20,000 nt of DNA from Toensbergia leucococca (taxonomy: Eukaryota): positions 58,141 to 78,140 of the forward strand of contig JALDZS010000105.1 of assembly GCA_022813965.1 (NCBI GenBank), in the 5' to 3' direction. A program made the position numbers and the translations under genes. The notes below the pieces were generated by a model, which did no database searches, was not told the origin of the DNA, and worked only from the letters and a program-made list of their open reading frames with translations. Positions 1 to 10,233 of this stretch are shown here, piece after piece (the stretch's first letter is position 1; each line of letters begins with the position of its first letter).

Positions 1-1
1 C

Positions 2-40
2 GGTGGTGGTGGTGGTGATGGTGGTGGTGGTGGTGGTGGT
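2..40. repeat. (GGT)n trinucleotide microsatellite with one GAT interruption, possibly truncated by the window edge
   Basis: GGT x5, GAT, GGT x7 read directly from the sequence. Confidence 0.95.
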
Positions 41-446
41 GCGATATGACGGATCGATAGCTAGTGAAGTTCGCTTACAGGCTAGTGCCGAAAGAGGTCT
101 AGCGCAAAGGCATAATTTAGACGCGAATCACGGATTTTGGATTTCGTGGAGATGCGCCCAATCTGGTCACACTACATACTCCGTATTCTCTACTCGTACA
201 CCTTCCACTTCCACCACCTTAAGTGCCCTGTTCCCTATTTCCACTACAGCTTGAAGCTGACCTACCAATCGTCCATCCACCTCTAAGCCTTCTTCCACTT
301 CCAATTCACTGTATTCTAGTCTCATGACTTGAGCACATCGCCAACCCCAACCCCACAGTCGAACCCTATTCGCAATACATTCACAAAGTCAACTTTACAA
401 CAACTGCGACTGGACACCATCACCCATCCCATTACACCATAACGCC

Positions 447-3400
447 ATGTCAGAAGTCAAATCTAGACCTTCTGCCCCGCGTGGTAGAGGTTCAGGCCGA
501 GGTGGTCGTGGAGGCTATAGGGGTGGCAGAGGTGGAAGCCGGCAAATGAATGGCGACAAATCAGAGCTCACGGATCCACCTACACATGAAGATGAGGGAG
601 AGATAGGCCAACTCAAGAAGCACTATGCCTCCCAGTTGAATCCCATCAAAGAAATGTTCCCAGACTGGACCGATGAGGATATCGTGTATGCGCTTCAGGA
701 GACTGATGGTGACCTTGAGAGTACAATTGAGCAAATCTCTGAAGGTAAGCAAGCCTGTCGATATTACCGAGCCTTGACAAATACAAGTGCTACTTGTTAA
801 TATGTTAGTGTCTTAGGCAACATCTCTCAATGGGGAGAGGTCAAGAAAAAGACCAAAGACCGATCTCGATCAAAGGTGAAGGATTCCGATGCCGCACTCG
901 TCGAGACTACCAATTCTTCAGGTCGTGGGGGTCGTGGAAGAGGTGCGCTTGAAGGTACTCGTGGTGGCAGAGGCCGTGCTTCTGATCGTCCACGGGGAGC
1001 GAATAGAGGCGGAAGAGGTGGCTCTGGAGTCAATGGGACGCGCACTTCCAATCTCGACAAAGGCAAGGTAGATACAGCTCCTACGCCTGTAGAACCATCC
1101 GTTTGGGATGTGCCAGCGCCGAAGACTGGCGGGGTGGAAGGTACTTGGGATCAGCCAACCGAAACCGATAACGCAAACATGGAAGGTTCATGGGAAAACA
1201 TCGTCGCCGAATCCTCACCGCCACGAGCCACGGAAGCTTCAAAAGCCAGTTCGAAACCCGATGGAACTAGAAGCTGGGCGAGTATTTTCAATAAGCCAGC
1301 TCCTGCACCCGTTCCCCTAAAGGCCTCTCAAGCACCATCAATGCAAGACATCCCTGTCGAGACACTGCCATCTTCAGTAGAAGCACCGACGGAGATGGAT
1401 ATGCCCGGATTGCCACCTCCAATACTACTTGAGGATCCAATCGTGGAGATACCAAATACTCCGCCAATGCCAGATCTGCCGCCTTCAGAGCCAGCACCCG
1501 ACATCACACCAACAAAGGATGAGCTGACGGAAACCAATCTGGTGCAAATCCTAGATGTATCAATTCCACCAGCTACTGCTACTGCGGCTAGCACTGTCGC
1601 AAGTACTCACGATGCCCGAGCTGAAGGAGGAAATGCTACACCCATTCACGTACCACACTCACAAGCTACTTCTCGACCTCCAATGGGGGGATATGCAACA
1701 AGTGCGTTCAAAGCCACAGGCATGCCTGGCCGGTCAGCAAGCTTTCAGAGACGAGTCTTGGAGCAACAAGAAGCTGTTGTCATGCCGGGAAATCATGCTG
1801 TCGATCGTGCAGTAGTACAGTTTGGCAGTATGGGCCTTAACGGGACGACAGACGACTTGGATCTTGATGATGATAGAGAAGAGCCAGAGACACGTACTCA
1901 ACCCCCTCAACACTCTCCAGTTGCGCCACGAGCAACTCTGCCGCCAGCACCCCAACAGCAGGCATTTCCAGTGCAGCCCCCGTCTAATGAGGTGCACCAA
2001 GCCCCAAGACAAGCTCCTGGATTACCGCTCTTGGATCCGCAACTTAGCCAGACTTCTTTGACAGAGCAAGGTGTGTCTCAGCAGCCGTCGCAAGTTAGCT
2101 ATTCATACAATCAATTGAATAATCGCTATGGTCCCCAAGCTTCCCAGCAAGAGCCCTCGGCGCCGGCTCAGAAAGCATATGAACCTTTTGGTCAACAAAT
2201 ACAACAGCCACATCATCAATACGATGGCTATCCCACCCATTCCCAGGCTCCAGCTCAATCACAAAATCATGCTCAATCTCAAATAGGTGGTTACTCGTCC
2301 GCGTCTAATGACAATACGTCCTACTACACATCTGATAGTCAGCGTAACGCCTATCAGAACTATTACGGCAATTACGGCCATCAACAACCAACGCCACAAG
2401 AGGCAGGCGCATCTCAACAGAGGATTGGAAGTGGCTTTGGAACGTCAGTGGCAGAGCAGGCCTCTCAGTATGCGACCAGCCAGAGTCAGCAACAGCCACC
2501 AAGTCGTTATGCCCAAGCTAGCGAGGCTCAAACTAGCGGACACTCAACTCCAAACCCGTTGGTCCCGGGCCAGCAATCCAATCAGACACATCAAGGCCAG
2601 CACATGCCTCAGCAGCAGACCCAAGGACAAACTGGAGGACAGCATGGTCCGTATCCATATGGACACCCATACTACAATGCCAACCCGTACTACTCGTACA
2701 TGAATCAGGTGAGTCATCAAAATCATTCATACGGTCGGGATCGTCCCATGTTCGATGACGTTCGTCGATATGATGATCAATATCTCACACATAATCCCCA
2801 GTTCGGGTACGGTGGCAATCAGGCTGGCTATGGTGGTGGTCCTTTTGGAGGGGCAACAACAAAACAAGGCATGTACGGGCAGCCACACCAGGGTTATGGC
2901 ATGTCCCCGCAGACATCGTACGACCAGCACTCTTCTTCTCCGGCAAATGTGGGTTCATTCGGCCAGCAACACTCGGCGCCTAGTAGAGAGGGTACGGCCA
3001 CCGGAGGTCTTGGAGGATATGGGCGTTCTGGGTCGACTCAACCATCAGAGCCTCAGCAGCAGCATAGTACAAGTGGCGCAGGGGCGTTTGGGAGCATGCC
3101 GGATGTCTTTGCTCGCTCTCAATCGGGATATCCTGGACAGACCCAAGGTCTTACGCACCAACAGAGCAACCAGCAAGCCGGTAACGAGGAATCCCTTCGC
3201 GGCTACGGCGACTCCTCAAAGGTAGCTGGAGGCCCAAGTCCTGCCCTCGGTCAGCCTGGTGCACGTCCCGGATCCGCAGCCAACATGCAAGCTCAGACGG
3301 GATTACCTCCGCCGCAGAGTCAGAGCCAACAAGGCTACACCGGCTTCCCGGGTCATGTGAACCACCAGATGCATGGACAGCAGGGCTCGCAGTATGGAGC

Positions 3401-3554
3401 CGGACTTGGGGGAATGGCGGGACATCATCAGAGTGGGGCGCAGGCTCATCAGGGGAGCGGTTATGGTGGTTATGGCGTTGCTGGGAGCTTTGGCGGGAGT
3501 TATTATGGGGGGAATAATCGTGGGGGGTGGAGTGGGGGTTATGGAGGGCATTAG
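447..3554 (+). CDS. DEF1: RNA polymerase II degradation factor Def1 (CUE/UBA-like domain, UBAP2-like). Exons 447-744 and 817-3554, about 1011 aa (980 aa if 2709-2801 is also spliced out)
   Basis: The intron 745-816 (GTAAGC...GTTAAT...TTAG) joins the two ORFs in frame, giving ...EQISE-G-NISQWGEVKKK. The protein has N-terminal RGG repeats, a CUE motif (IKEMFPDWTDEDIVYALQETDGDL), the SWASIF and EAVVMPG...VQFGSM motifs typical of the Def1/UBAP2 family, and a long Q/G/Y/H-rich low-complexity C-terminus. Confidence 0.9.
2709..2801 (+). other. Putative in-frame, stop-free 93-nt intron (exitron) inside DEF1
   Basis: Consensus donor CAG|GTGAGT at 2709, branch-like TCTCAC at 2783-2788, acceptor CCCCAG ending at 2801. 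Length is 31 codons with no stop. Confidence 0.55.
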
Positions 3555-3705
3555 ATTGATGGGCCCATGTCCCCCCTTGGGTTTTTCGACTTTTTGTAGG
3601 GAGGGGGAATGTTGATTACCGATTATCGATCTTCCAATGGTTTTAGGGTGACTGAGATCTTTTTCTAAATCTCTCTTTTTCTCCCACATTGTTCTCTCTT
3701 TTTTT

Positions 3706-3730
3706 GAGAGAGAGAGAGAGAGAGAGAGAG
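3706..3730. repeat. (GA)12 microsatellite downstream of the DEF1 stop (likely 3' UTR)
   Basis: Direct reading of the dinucleotide run. Confidence 0.95.
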
Positions 3731-4443
3731 GTCTCTTATCATGCATCTCTTCTCTCTTCCCACACAAAAATGAGGGCTTTGTTGCAAGGCTGGCCCATCC
3801 TCGCTCCAAAATGTATCATGCTTTAAAATTCCTTGTTTGCTTTTCTGTGATGATGATTTATTTGTTTATTTATTTATTTATTTTTTCGCAATATTCTATG
3901 CGTTGAATGGCATGTGCGGGTTTTAAGGTTCAAAGTTCAAAAAGCTTAGCTATCTATTGAGGCCGCCAGGTGTGCAGGTGCGTTTTAGTTGTGTTTTTTT
4001 TTTTGAAGATAGGGTTACCTTAGTGAGGGGAGGTGAGGTTTTGACAAATTTTCTTTTTTTTTTTTCAAGAGAAAGATGATGAGCTTTTTTAATTTTTTTT
4101 GTGGGTTTGAGGTTCTGAGTGAGGGGGGTTTGAATGACGGGTTTGAGGAGATGTGTTTGTGCTTTGTGTGAATGAGGTTGAGTGAGAGAAGGGAAAGAGA
4201 GGGGGGGGTGAGGGGGAGGGAGAGAAAATGAGGTGTAGGTTTTTATAATAGAGTTGATTTTGCATTGAGTTTGAGTGATTTGAAGTACCTACCTAGTGAT
4301 ACATCATGAGAAGGATGATCATTGTAAGTAAACACCATTTGTAAGAAAAATTCCTGATTTCAATTGACACAAAAACTGTGCTGGAGTCACAATTGTACCC
4401 TGACCCCCCCCTTTTCTCCTCCCCCCCTTGGGATTCTTCTACT

Positions 4444-5127
4444 TCAATGCCCATCATCCTCAAGGATCCTCTTAAACGTCTCCCGCGCAGTCATCTTGCC
4501 AATCCACTGCTTGACCCGCGGATAACGATCCTCATCATACTCCTCCTTCTCCAGCAACATGGGCACCAATCTCTGCCACGGCACAAACGCCAGATCCGCA
4601 TACGAGAACTTGTTCCCCACCAGCCACGGCCCGTCCCCGCCGCCGCCGCCGCCATGCTCCTCTTCCTGCCGCGCCAACTGCCCCTCCAAGACGGCCGTCA
4701 CGCGGTTGATTTCCTGCACGTAGCGCGCGATGGCGCTGGGGAGGTGCTCGGGGTGGTATTTCTTGAAGAAGACGGCCTGGCCGTAGTAGGGGCCTTGGCC
4801 GGTTGTCTGGAAGTAGAGCCATTGTTTTGCGTGGAAGGAGTCTGGGGTTCCCGGGGCGAAACTGAGGCGGTGCGTCGGGTCGTAGAGCTCGGTTAGGTAT
4901 TCGATTATGGCGCCGGTTTCCCAGAGGGTGATGTTTGTGTTTGGGTCATGGATGGATGGGAGGCGGCCGTTTGGGTTGATGGCGGTGTAGGATGGGGTTT
5001 TGACTTCGGTGAAGGGGAGGGGGATTATTTCGTAGGGGAGGTTGAGTTCTTCCATGAGGATGGCGGGCTTGGGAGGGTTGGGACCGCCTTTTCCCCAGAT
5101 TTTGAGGGGTTTTAGTTGAGTGGACAT
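4444..5127 (-). CDS. Glutathione S-transferase, Ure2p-like class, 227 aa, intronless
   Basis: Motifs GPNPPKPAILMEELNLPYE, INPNGRLPSIHD, LWETGAIIEYL, QWLYFQTTGQGPYYGQ, WLVGNKFSYADLAF are typical of fungal Ure2p-like GSTs. The ORF is complete from ATG to TGA. Confidence 0.93.
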   Translation of the reverse strand: MSTQLKPLKIWGKGGPNPPKPAILMEELNLPYEIIPLPFTEVKTPSYTAINPNGRLPSIHDPNTNITLWETGAIIEYLTELYDPTHRLSFAPGTPDSFHAKQWLYFQTTGQGPYYGQAVFFKKYHPEHLPSAIARYVQEINRVTAVLEGQLARQEEEHGGGGGGDGPWLVGNKFSYADLAFVPWQRLVPMLLEKEEYDEDRYPRVKQWIGKMTARETFKRILEDDGH

Positions 5128-5582
5128 TTTTTTTTTTTTTTACTTTGATCTTTTGTGTTTTTCTGAGGTGAAATTCGGGTTCGATGGTGAGGTGACTGGC
5201 TGGACTGGTTCGGGCGATTATGAAAGTTGTTTGTGTCTTGAAAGATGTGTAAATCCAAGTCGATGGGTTGGAGAAGATAGATACATGATGAATTCAAATA
5301 GTGTTATATACTCAGATTGAGATATCTGATCTTGTCCTACACACGGAACATGCGTCATCTGTGACAAAGCACTTCACATCGAAGAGATATTGTTTGTAAT
5401 AGACAGCGATGACTTACAAACCCATTCGAGGATTCCTCGCAGAGTTTCTCCCCATGTGGAACTAGCTGGCTCGGAGTCGGGTGAAGAATCCAGACTCCGG
5501 ATGAAAAGTCGTCCGACGAGTAGAATGGAGTAGGATGGTGTTGGTGTTTCCAATCAGGGTGCCGCAATTTACGTTCAAGGCC

Positions 5583-5626
5583 TACCTAGGGGGTACCTAG
5601 GGGGTACCTAGGGGGTACCTAGGGGG
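5583..5626 (+). repeat. Four exact tandem copies of TACCTAGGGGG (potential G-quadruplex)
   Basis: 11-nt unit x4, giving four G5 runs with 6-nt loops. It lies between the divergently oriented GST and NLR genes. Confidence 0.95.
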
Positions 5627-6148
5627 TTGAAAAGGCAAGGTAACAAAAGTCAGAAGGTAAGGTAGGAGGGTAGGTACCTTAGGTAAGCTCGAAGGTAGTA
5701 TTCTGACGCCGGTGAGGTACGCTATGCCTCATTTAGTACAGTTTGTATAAAAGAACTTATTCTGCATAGTGGCTCATTATGAAGTCATCATCATTATCAT
5801 TATCATAAAGTCACATTTTGTAATTTGGCTTCTAGATGACACGTCAATAGAACAAGCAAATGGCTTGCATAGTGGTAGGGAAAGGGAATTGAGGCAAAAT
5901 GTGGTGCAGAACGATAAGATTTCCCCCGGTAATCTTGCGCCCGAGGGGGAGGCTGTAAAGAAACAGGTTTCATAACAGCGGGGTGTTTCTTTACAAGTCA
6001 CCACTTGAACAAGCGAGTTGCCTTGCAAGTCACCGGCTGAACACACGCCTTGGTCCTCAACGACGCATTTCGACGTCTCTCGAGGACACAAATTCGACAA
6101 GAAAACTATGTTGCTATCCATTGTTCTTTCAGACTAATACGTGTCGCC

Positions 6149-9100
6149 ATGGATCCTTTTTCCCTTGCTTCAGGAATTGCAGGACTGCTTTCCTTAAGTG
6201 GCGCCGTCATTGCACAAGGCTTCAGCTATATCAATGCTGTTAAAGGTGCCTCCAACAATCTTCGCCTGCTGCTCAGCGAAGTCGTCTCGTTGAACGTGAT
6301 TCTGGATCAGCTACAAGCTCTTGCCTCTTTGGCCGATTCTCGAGGTACTACTGAAGTCTTTCAGAGACTGGCTGCCACTGGATTTATCAACAATTGCACG
6401 GACCTCCTTGAGGACGTGAAGAAGTCCGTTACCAAGACTACCCCAATACCTGGTCAGGAAATGAGAAACTTCGCTAAGACGCTCTACTGGCCACTCAAAG
6501 ACAGCGAGGTCAGGAAGAGCTTGGATAGGCTTAGCCAGCTGAAAACTACTTTTAGTACTGCTCTCTCTGTTGATGCAGTGTTTGTGTACGAAACTTCGTA
6601 TTTGAAGCCCGTCTGATTGAATCTCAGGACATCTTTGCAACGGATTATCGACGAGAATTGTGAAATTAACCGAAATGTCTCGGAGCTCAATAACAACACA
6701 CACCAGCAACAAGTGCTGAAATGGCTTTGTCCACTAGACATCAGAGTCGAAGAGAACCACGAAGCTGCTCTCGCGCTTCGACAGCCGGGAACGGGGGAGT
6801 GGTTCCTGAAATCGACCCATTTTCAGACGTGGATGAACTCTGATAATGCTCTTTTATGGGTCTCAGGCATTCGTAAGCTCAGTGCTATGATACTGGTATA
6901 GTGTTCGTCTATATATGAGAGACTGACGACGTATATTTTAGCGGGTAGTGGGAAAACAATACTCTCGTGAGCCCATTTCTTCTAGGAATATGAACGGCTA
7001 ATGACTGTACCAGATCAACCGTCATAGAGCACATCAGATGCACTGGACTTTCACCAAGCACTAGTATGGCTTACTTCTACTGTGACCACAAAGACCCTAG
7101 TAAACAATCATACCGCCATTTTATCATCTCGGTCATCTCTCAACTTCTGAGACAGAATTTTGACTGTATAGAAGATGTGGCTGCAATGTTCGACCAATAC
7201 AGCAAAGATGCGAGCAAATCTCCCAGATTGAATGACCTTGAGGCACTAATGAAGACTGTATCTTCTCGGTTTCAGCGTGTGATTTTCGTCCTTGATGCTT
7301 TGGATGAATGTCAAGAGCTCCTGGTCTTCGCCGAGGGACTAGTAAGGCTAGTTCCCTCAGAAGTGCAGAGCACCGCCATTCAAATATTTATCACAAGTCG
7401 AAGAGAGCCCGTGATTGAAAGGGTACTCCTACCCCATGCAATAATGCATGTTTCTTTAACAGAAACAGATATAAAAGGCGACATCTTTGGCTTTCTTTCG
7501 GAGCAAATACGCTCACGCATCGAAAGTGGGGCCTTGAAGTTACGGAACCCTCTTCTTCAGTCAGAGATTGTTGATACGCTCACCAAGCGTGCAGGTGCAA
7601 TGTAAGGTCATCAAATCCTCAGTGCATCGTTGAGGCTTCTAACTTGGACCGGTTTCTAGGTTTTTGCTGGCACGCATTCAGCTGGACTATATATCCAGTC
7701 TACCATCTGACAGAACAATAAGAAATGCGTTGAATTGTCTTCCGAGGGGTCTGGAAGAGACGTACGTGCGGATTTTGCAAAAGATAAAGGCGGTCAACTC
7801 CGAGAACTTGATCCTCGTGAAGAGAGTCTTTACCTGGCTCGTTGAAAGTACTGTACCTCCGACTCTTGACCAGCTTGCCGAGGCCATCTCCATAGAGCCC
7901 GAGGATGTTTCACGAGATCTTGACGCTATAGCAACTGACCCCAGCCACATCATTGGTCTTTGTGGGGGTCTCGTGACTGTTGAGTCGGGATCTCGCTCGT
8001 CCTCCACGACTGTAGGCCTAGCACACCTTTCAGTCAAGGAGTATATGACATCGAGTACCATACTGGCCGGTCCAGTTTCAGACTTCTATCTAGACCCCCT
8101 GCAAGGGTCCGCTGATCTCGTGAGAACATGCATTCAGTATCTGGGTATCCTGGATTTTGCACTACCATGCTCGTCACTGGAAAGCCAGGTACAACGACTG
8201 CAGACCTATCCCTTACTAGAGTATGCCACGAAGTATTGGTATATACATTTCCTTAGGTGTGCGAAAGTGGACGTCCAAATCAGTCATGAATTAAATCACC
8301 AGCTCTGATGGTTTCTACATCCTGATAGCTGCGGGAAGCAGTACACTTTGTGGCGACAGATCTACCACAATGTTTTAGACCTAAGCCCTTGACCTCCGGT
8401 TCACTATGCAGCTGATCTAGGCTTGTTGGAGATGGCGAAGCTCCTCTACTGGCAATCCAGCGCATCTGGAACTCCTCTAGATGGACAAATTCCTCTCTAT
8501 ATTGCGTCTGAAGCAGGGCATTTAGCTATGGTAATATGGCTCCTAGAATGCGGCGTCGAAACAGAAATGAACACAAATACTAGGGGATTAACTCCTCTTC
8601 ACATAGCAGCTGAAAACGGCCACGCAGATGTGGTCGAGACCCTCATCGCCGCTGGGTCATGTGCGCATAATAGAAGCAAGTCAGGGGCCACTCCGTTTTA
8701 TAGAGCAGCCCAGAGTGGTTCTTTGAAAACTTTGAAGCTTCTCTATGCTGCAGGCTGCGACATCAATGCCCGTACGTGGGATAATTGCACGGCAATATAC
8801 GAGGCGATTAAGCGAGGTCATCTAGCCGTATTTGATCAACTGCTCTTATGGGGCGCCAATATCTGCCTCTCCAGTCTAGAGGGATGGACTCCACTGGTCT
8901 TTGCACTTTTCGAATTCTATCAACGAACCCCGATAAAGGTGGATTCACCACACTTTTTGATGAGACTTTTACTGAAGCTAGGTGATATTGAAAGGCTTAC
9001 CGGCTCTTCGGTTTCCACTGAAGAAGCCGTGAATTTTAGAAAAAAAACGGGTCTTCAGGAACCTCTGCGGGAGAACATGTTCAATAGCATGCTGAAATTA

Positions 9101-9196
9101 GTATTGAAATTTTCCTCAGCTTTTCCGCACATCAGTCAGCCCCGGCTACCGCTTAGACCTCGTCAGGACTCTGATATGGATGACATGAATTCTTAA
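6149..9196 (+). pseudogene. Fungal NLR-like STAND gene (HeLo-like N-terminal domain, NACHT, ankyrin repeats). Exons 6149-6579, 6628-6872, 6942-6966, 7014-7601, 7660-9196; in-frame TGA at 8306-8308 and 8390-8392
   Basis: The N-terminus MDPFSLASGIAGLLSL is typical of Helo_like_N domains. Also present: RQPGTGEWFL, Walker A GIPGSGKTILS (rebuilt across introns 2 and 3), AYFYCD, Walker B VIFVLDALDEC, FITSR, AGAMFLLARIQLD, LPRGLEETYVRIL, AHLSVKEY, and 5-6 ankyrin repeats (e.g. TPLHIAAENGHADVVETLI). All four introns have GT/AG ends and CTRAY branch sites and keep the frame. The spliced frame is 941 codons with two internal stops; the product ending at the first stop is 645 aa. The domain call is strong; pseudogene status is less certain. 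Confidence 0.75.
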
Positions 9197-10233
9197 CCTT
9201 ATTGCAGACGGCAAGGTCCAATTTCTATTGAATTCTGACAAGCAATCATCATACTACTTATCACTATTGAATCCTAAGGAAGTCTGGGAGGGCACCTAGG
9301 GCTCTGCTACTCAGGAACTTCCAAGGGAGCGATAGGCTGGGTCAGAGCCGTTACACTTCTACCGTATAATTTGTCATATAAGACCCTGCTAAGCATATAA
9401 GACCTCACTGACTTATAAGATATGGTTCCAAGTCGACTTTTTCAGACCGAAGGTGTTTCAATCTATGAGATAGTATCTTCCTCTCTATGGGTGATCTTTC
9501 AACGTATGGTGAGAGAGTCTCAGTTACGTATTCCACCTCCTCTTCCATGAACGGGGAATAAGAGATACTCTTATAAACAGTGTTAACAAGGGTTTTGTTC
9601 CTGAATGATGACGACGCGTTTTTTTGTTAGGGGATAGAAGATCTGTGAATTTTGATCTGTCCCTTGAAGGGAGTTATGGTTTGGAGCCATAATTAGACGG
9701 AGGTATAAAGACAAGGTGTAAAGATGAGATTTTAAGGTGAATCTGTATTAGAGAAATTACCAGCAAATATGGTGAGTTTCTCTAGTGAACGTCTTGAGTC
9801 TCTAGACCTTGCCTGAGAAACGGCCTACAAGACTCCGCTGGTATTTAAAATCCTACTGACTTATAAGACATTGCTCCTAGTGGCCTATAGACCATGAACG
9901 AGCTATGAGACTTGAACCTCATTTGACAGATTATACGGTAATCTAGCTGCCAACTTTGATGTGTCAGGATGTCTGACAAGGTCTTCGTGGCCGAATGTTT
10001 TTCTATTCTCCACAACAGGTATTGAAGAGATCAGGAATTAAGGGCTCTAAGTAAAGTAAGCTGGCAGATGTAACAACGAACTTGGATCATGAAAGTAAAC
10101 AGATATCTATGTGTGTCTTGCTAACAACAAAATTATTCACGCTACGAAAAAAACAACGAAGCCCCTATATTTCCTCCCAAAGTTCAAATACCAGGACTAG
10201 TTCCCCGCTGCTCAACTCGCCAGACCACATCTC

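Noticed and set aside
3..254. 83-aa ORF starting with poly-Val
   Set aside because: It is a translation of the GGT microsatellite, has no ATG start and shows no protein-like features.
4378..4896. 172-aa ORF antisense to the GST (and similar antisense ORFs at 10082-10564, 10628-10951, 3303-3809, 18317-18883)
   Set aside because: These are shadows of real genes produced by codon bias or low complexity, with no recognisable motifs.
5583..5626. CRISPR array or interstitial telomere
   Set aside because: There are no spacers, the context is eukaryotic, and the unit is not the TTAGGG telomeric repeat.
6050..6148. N-terminal extension of the NLR ORF from the TTG at 6050
   Set aside because: The ATG at 6149 (GCCATGG) begins the family-typical MDPFS sequence, so upstream is probably 5' UTR.
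8306..8392. Selenocysteine recoding of the two UGA codons
   Set aside because: Ascomycetes are not known to have Sec machinery, the positions are not redox-Cys-like, and I recognised no SECIS.
8221..8420. An intron that would remove both NLR stop codons
   Set aside because: The better donors (8221, 8233, 8239, 8257) are out of frame with the nearby acceptors (8411, 8420). Only a weak GTCATG donor at 8283 fits, and the skipped sequence looks like conserved coding sequence. Not fully excluded without RNA data.
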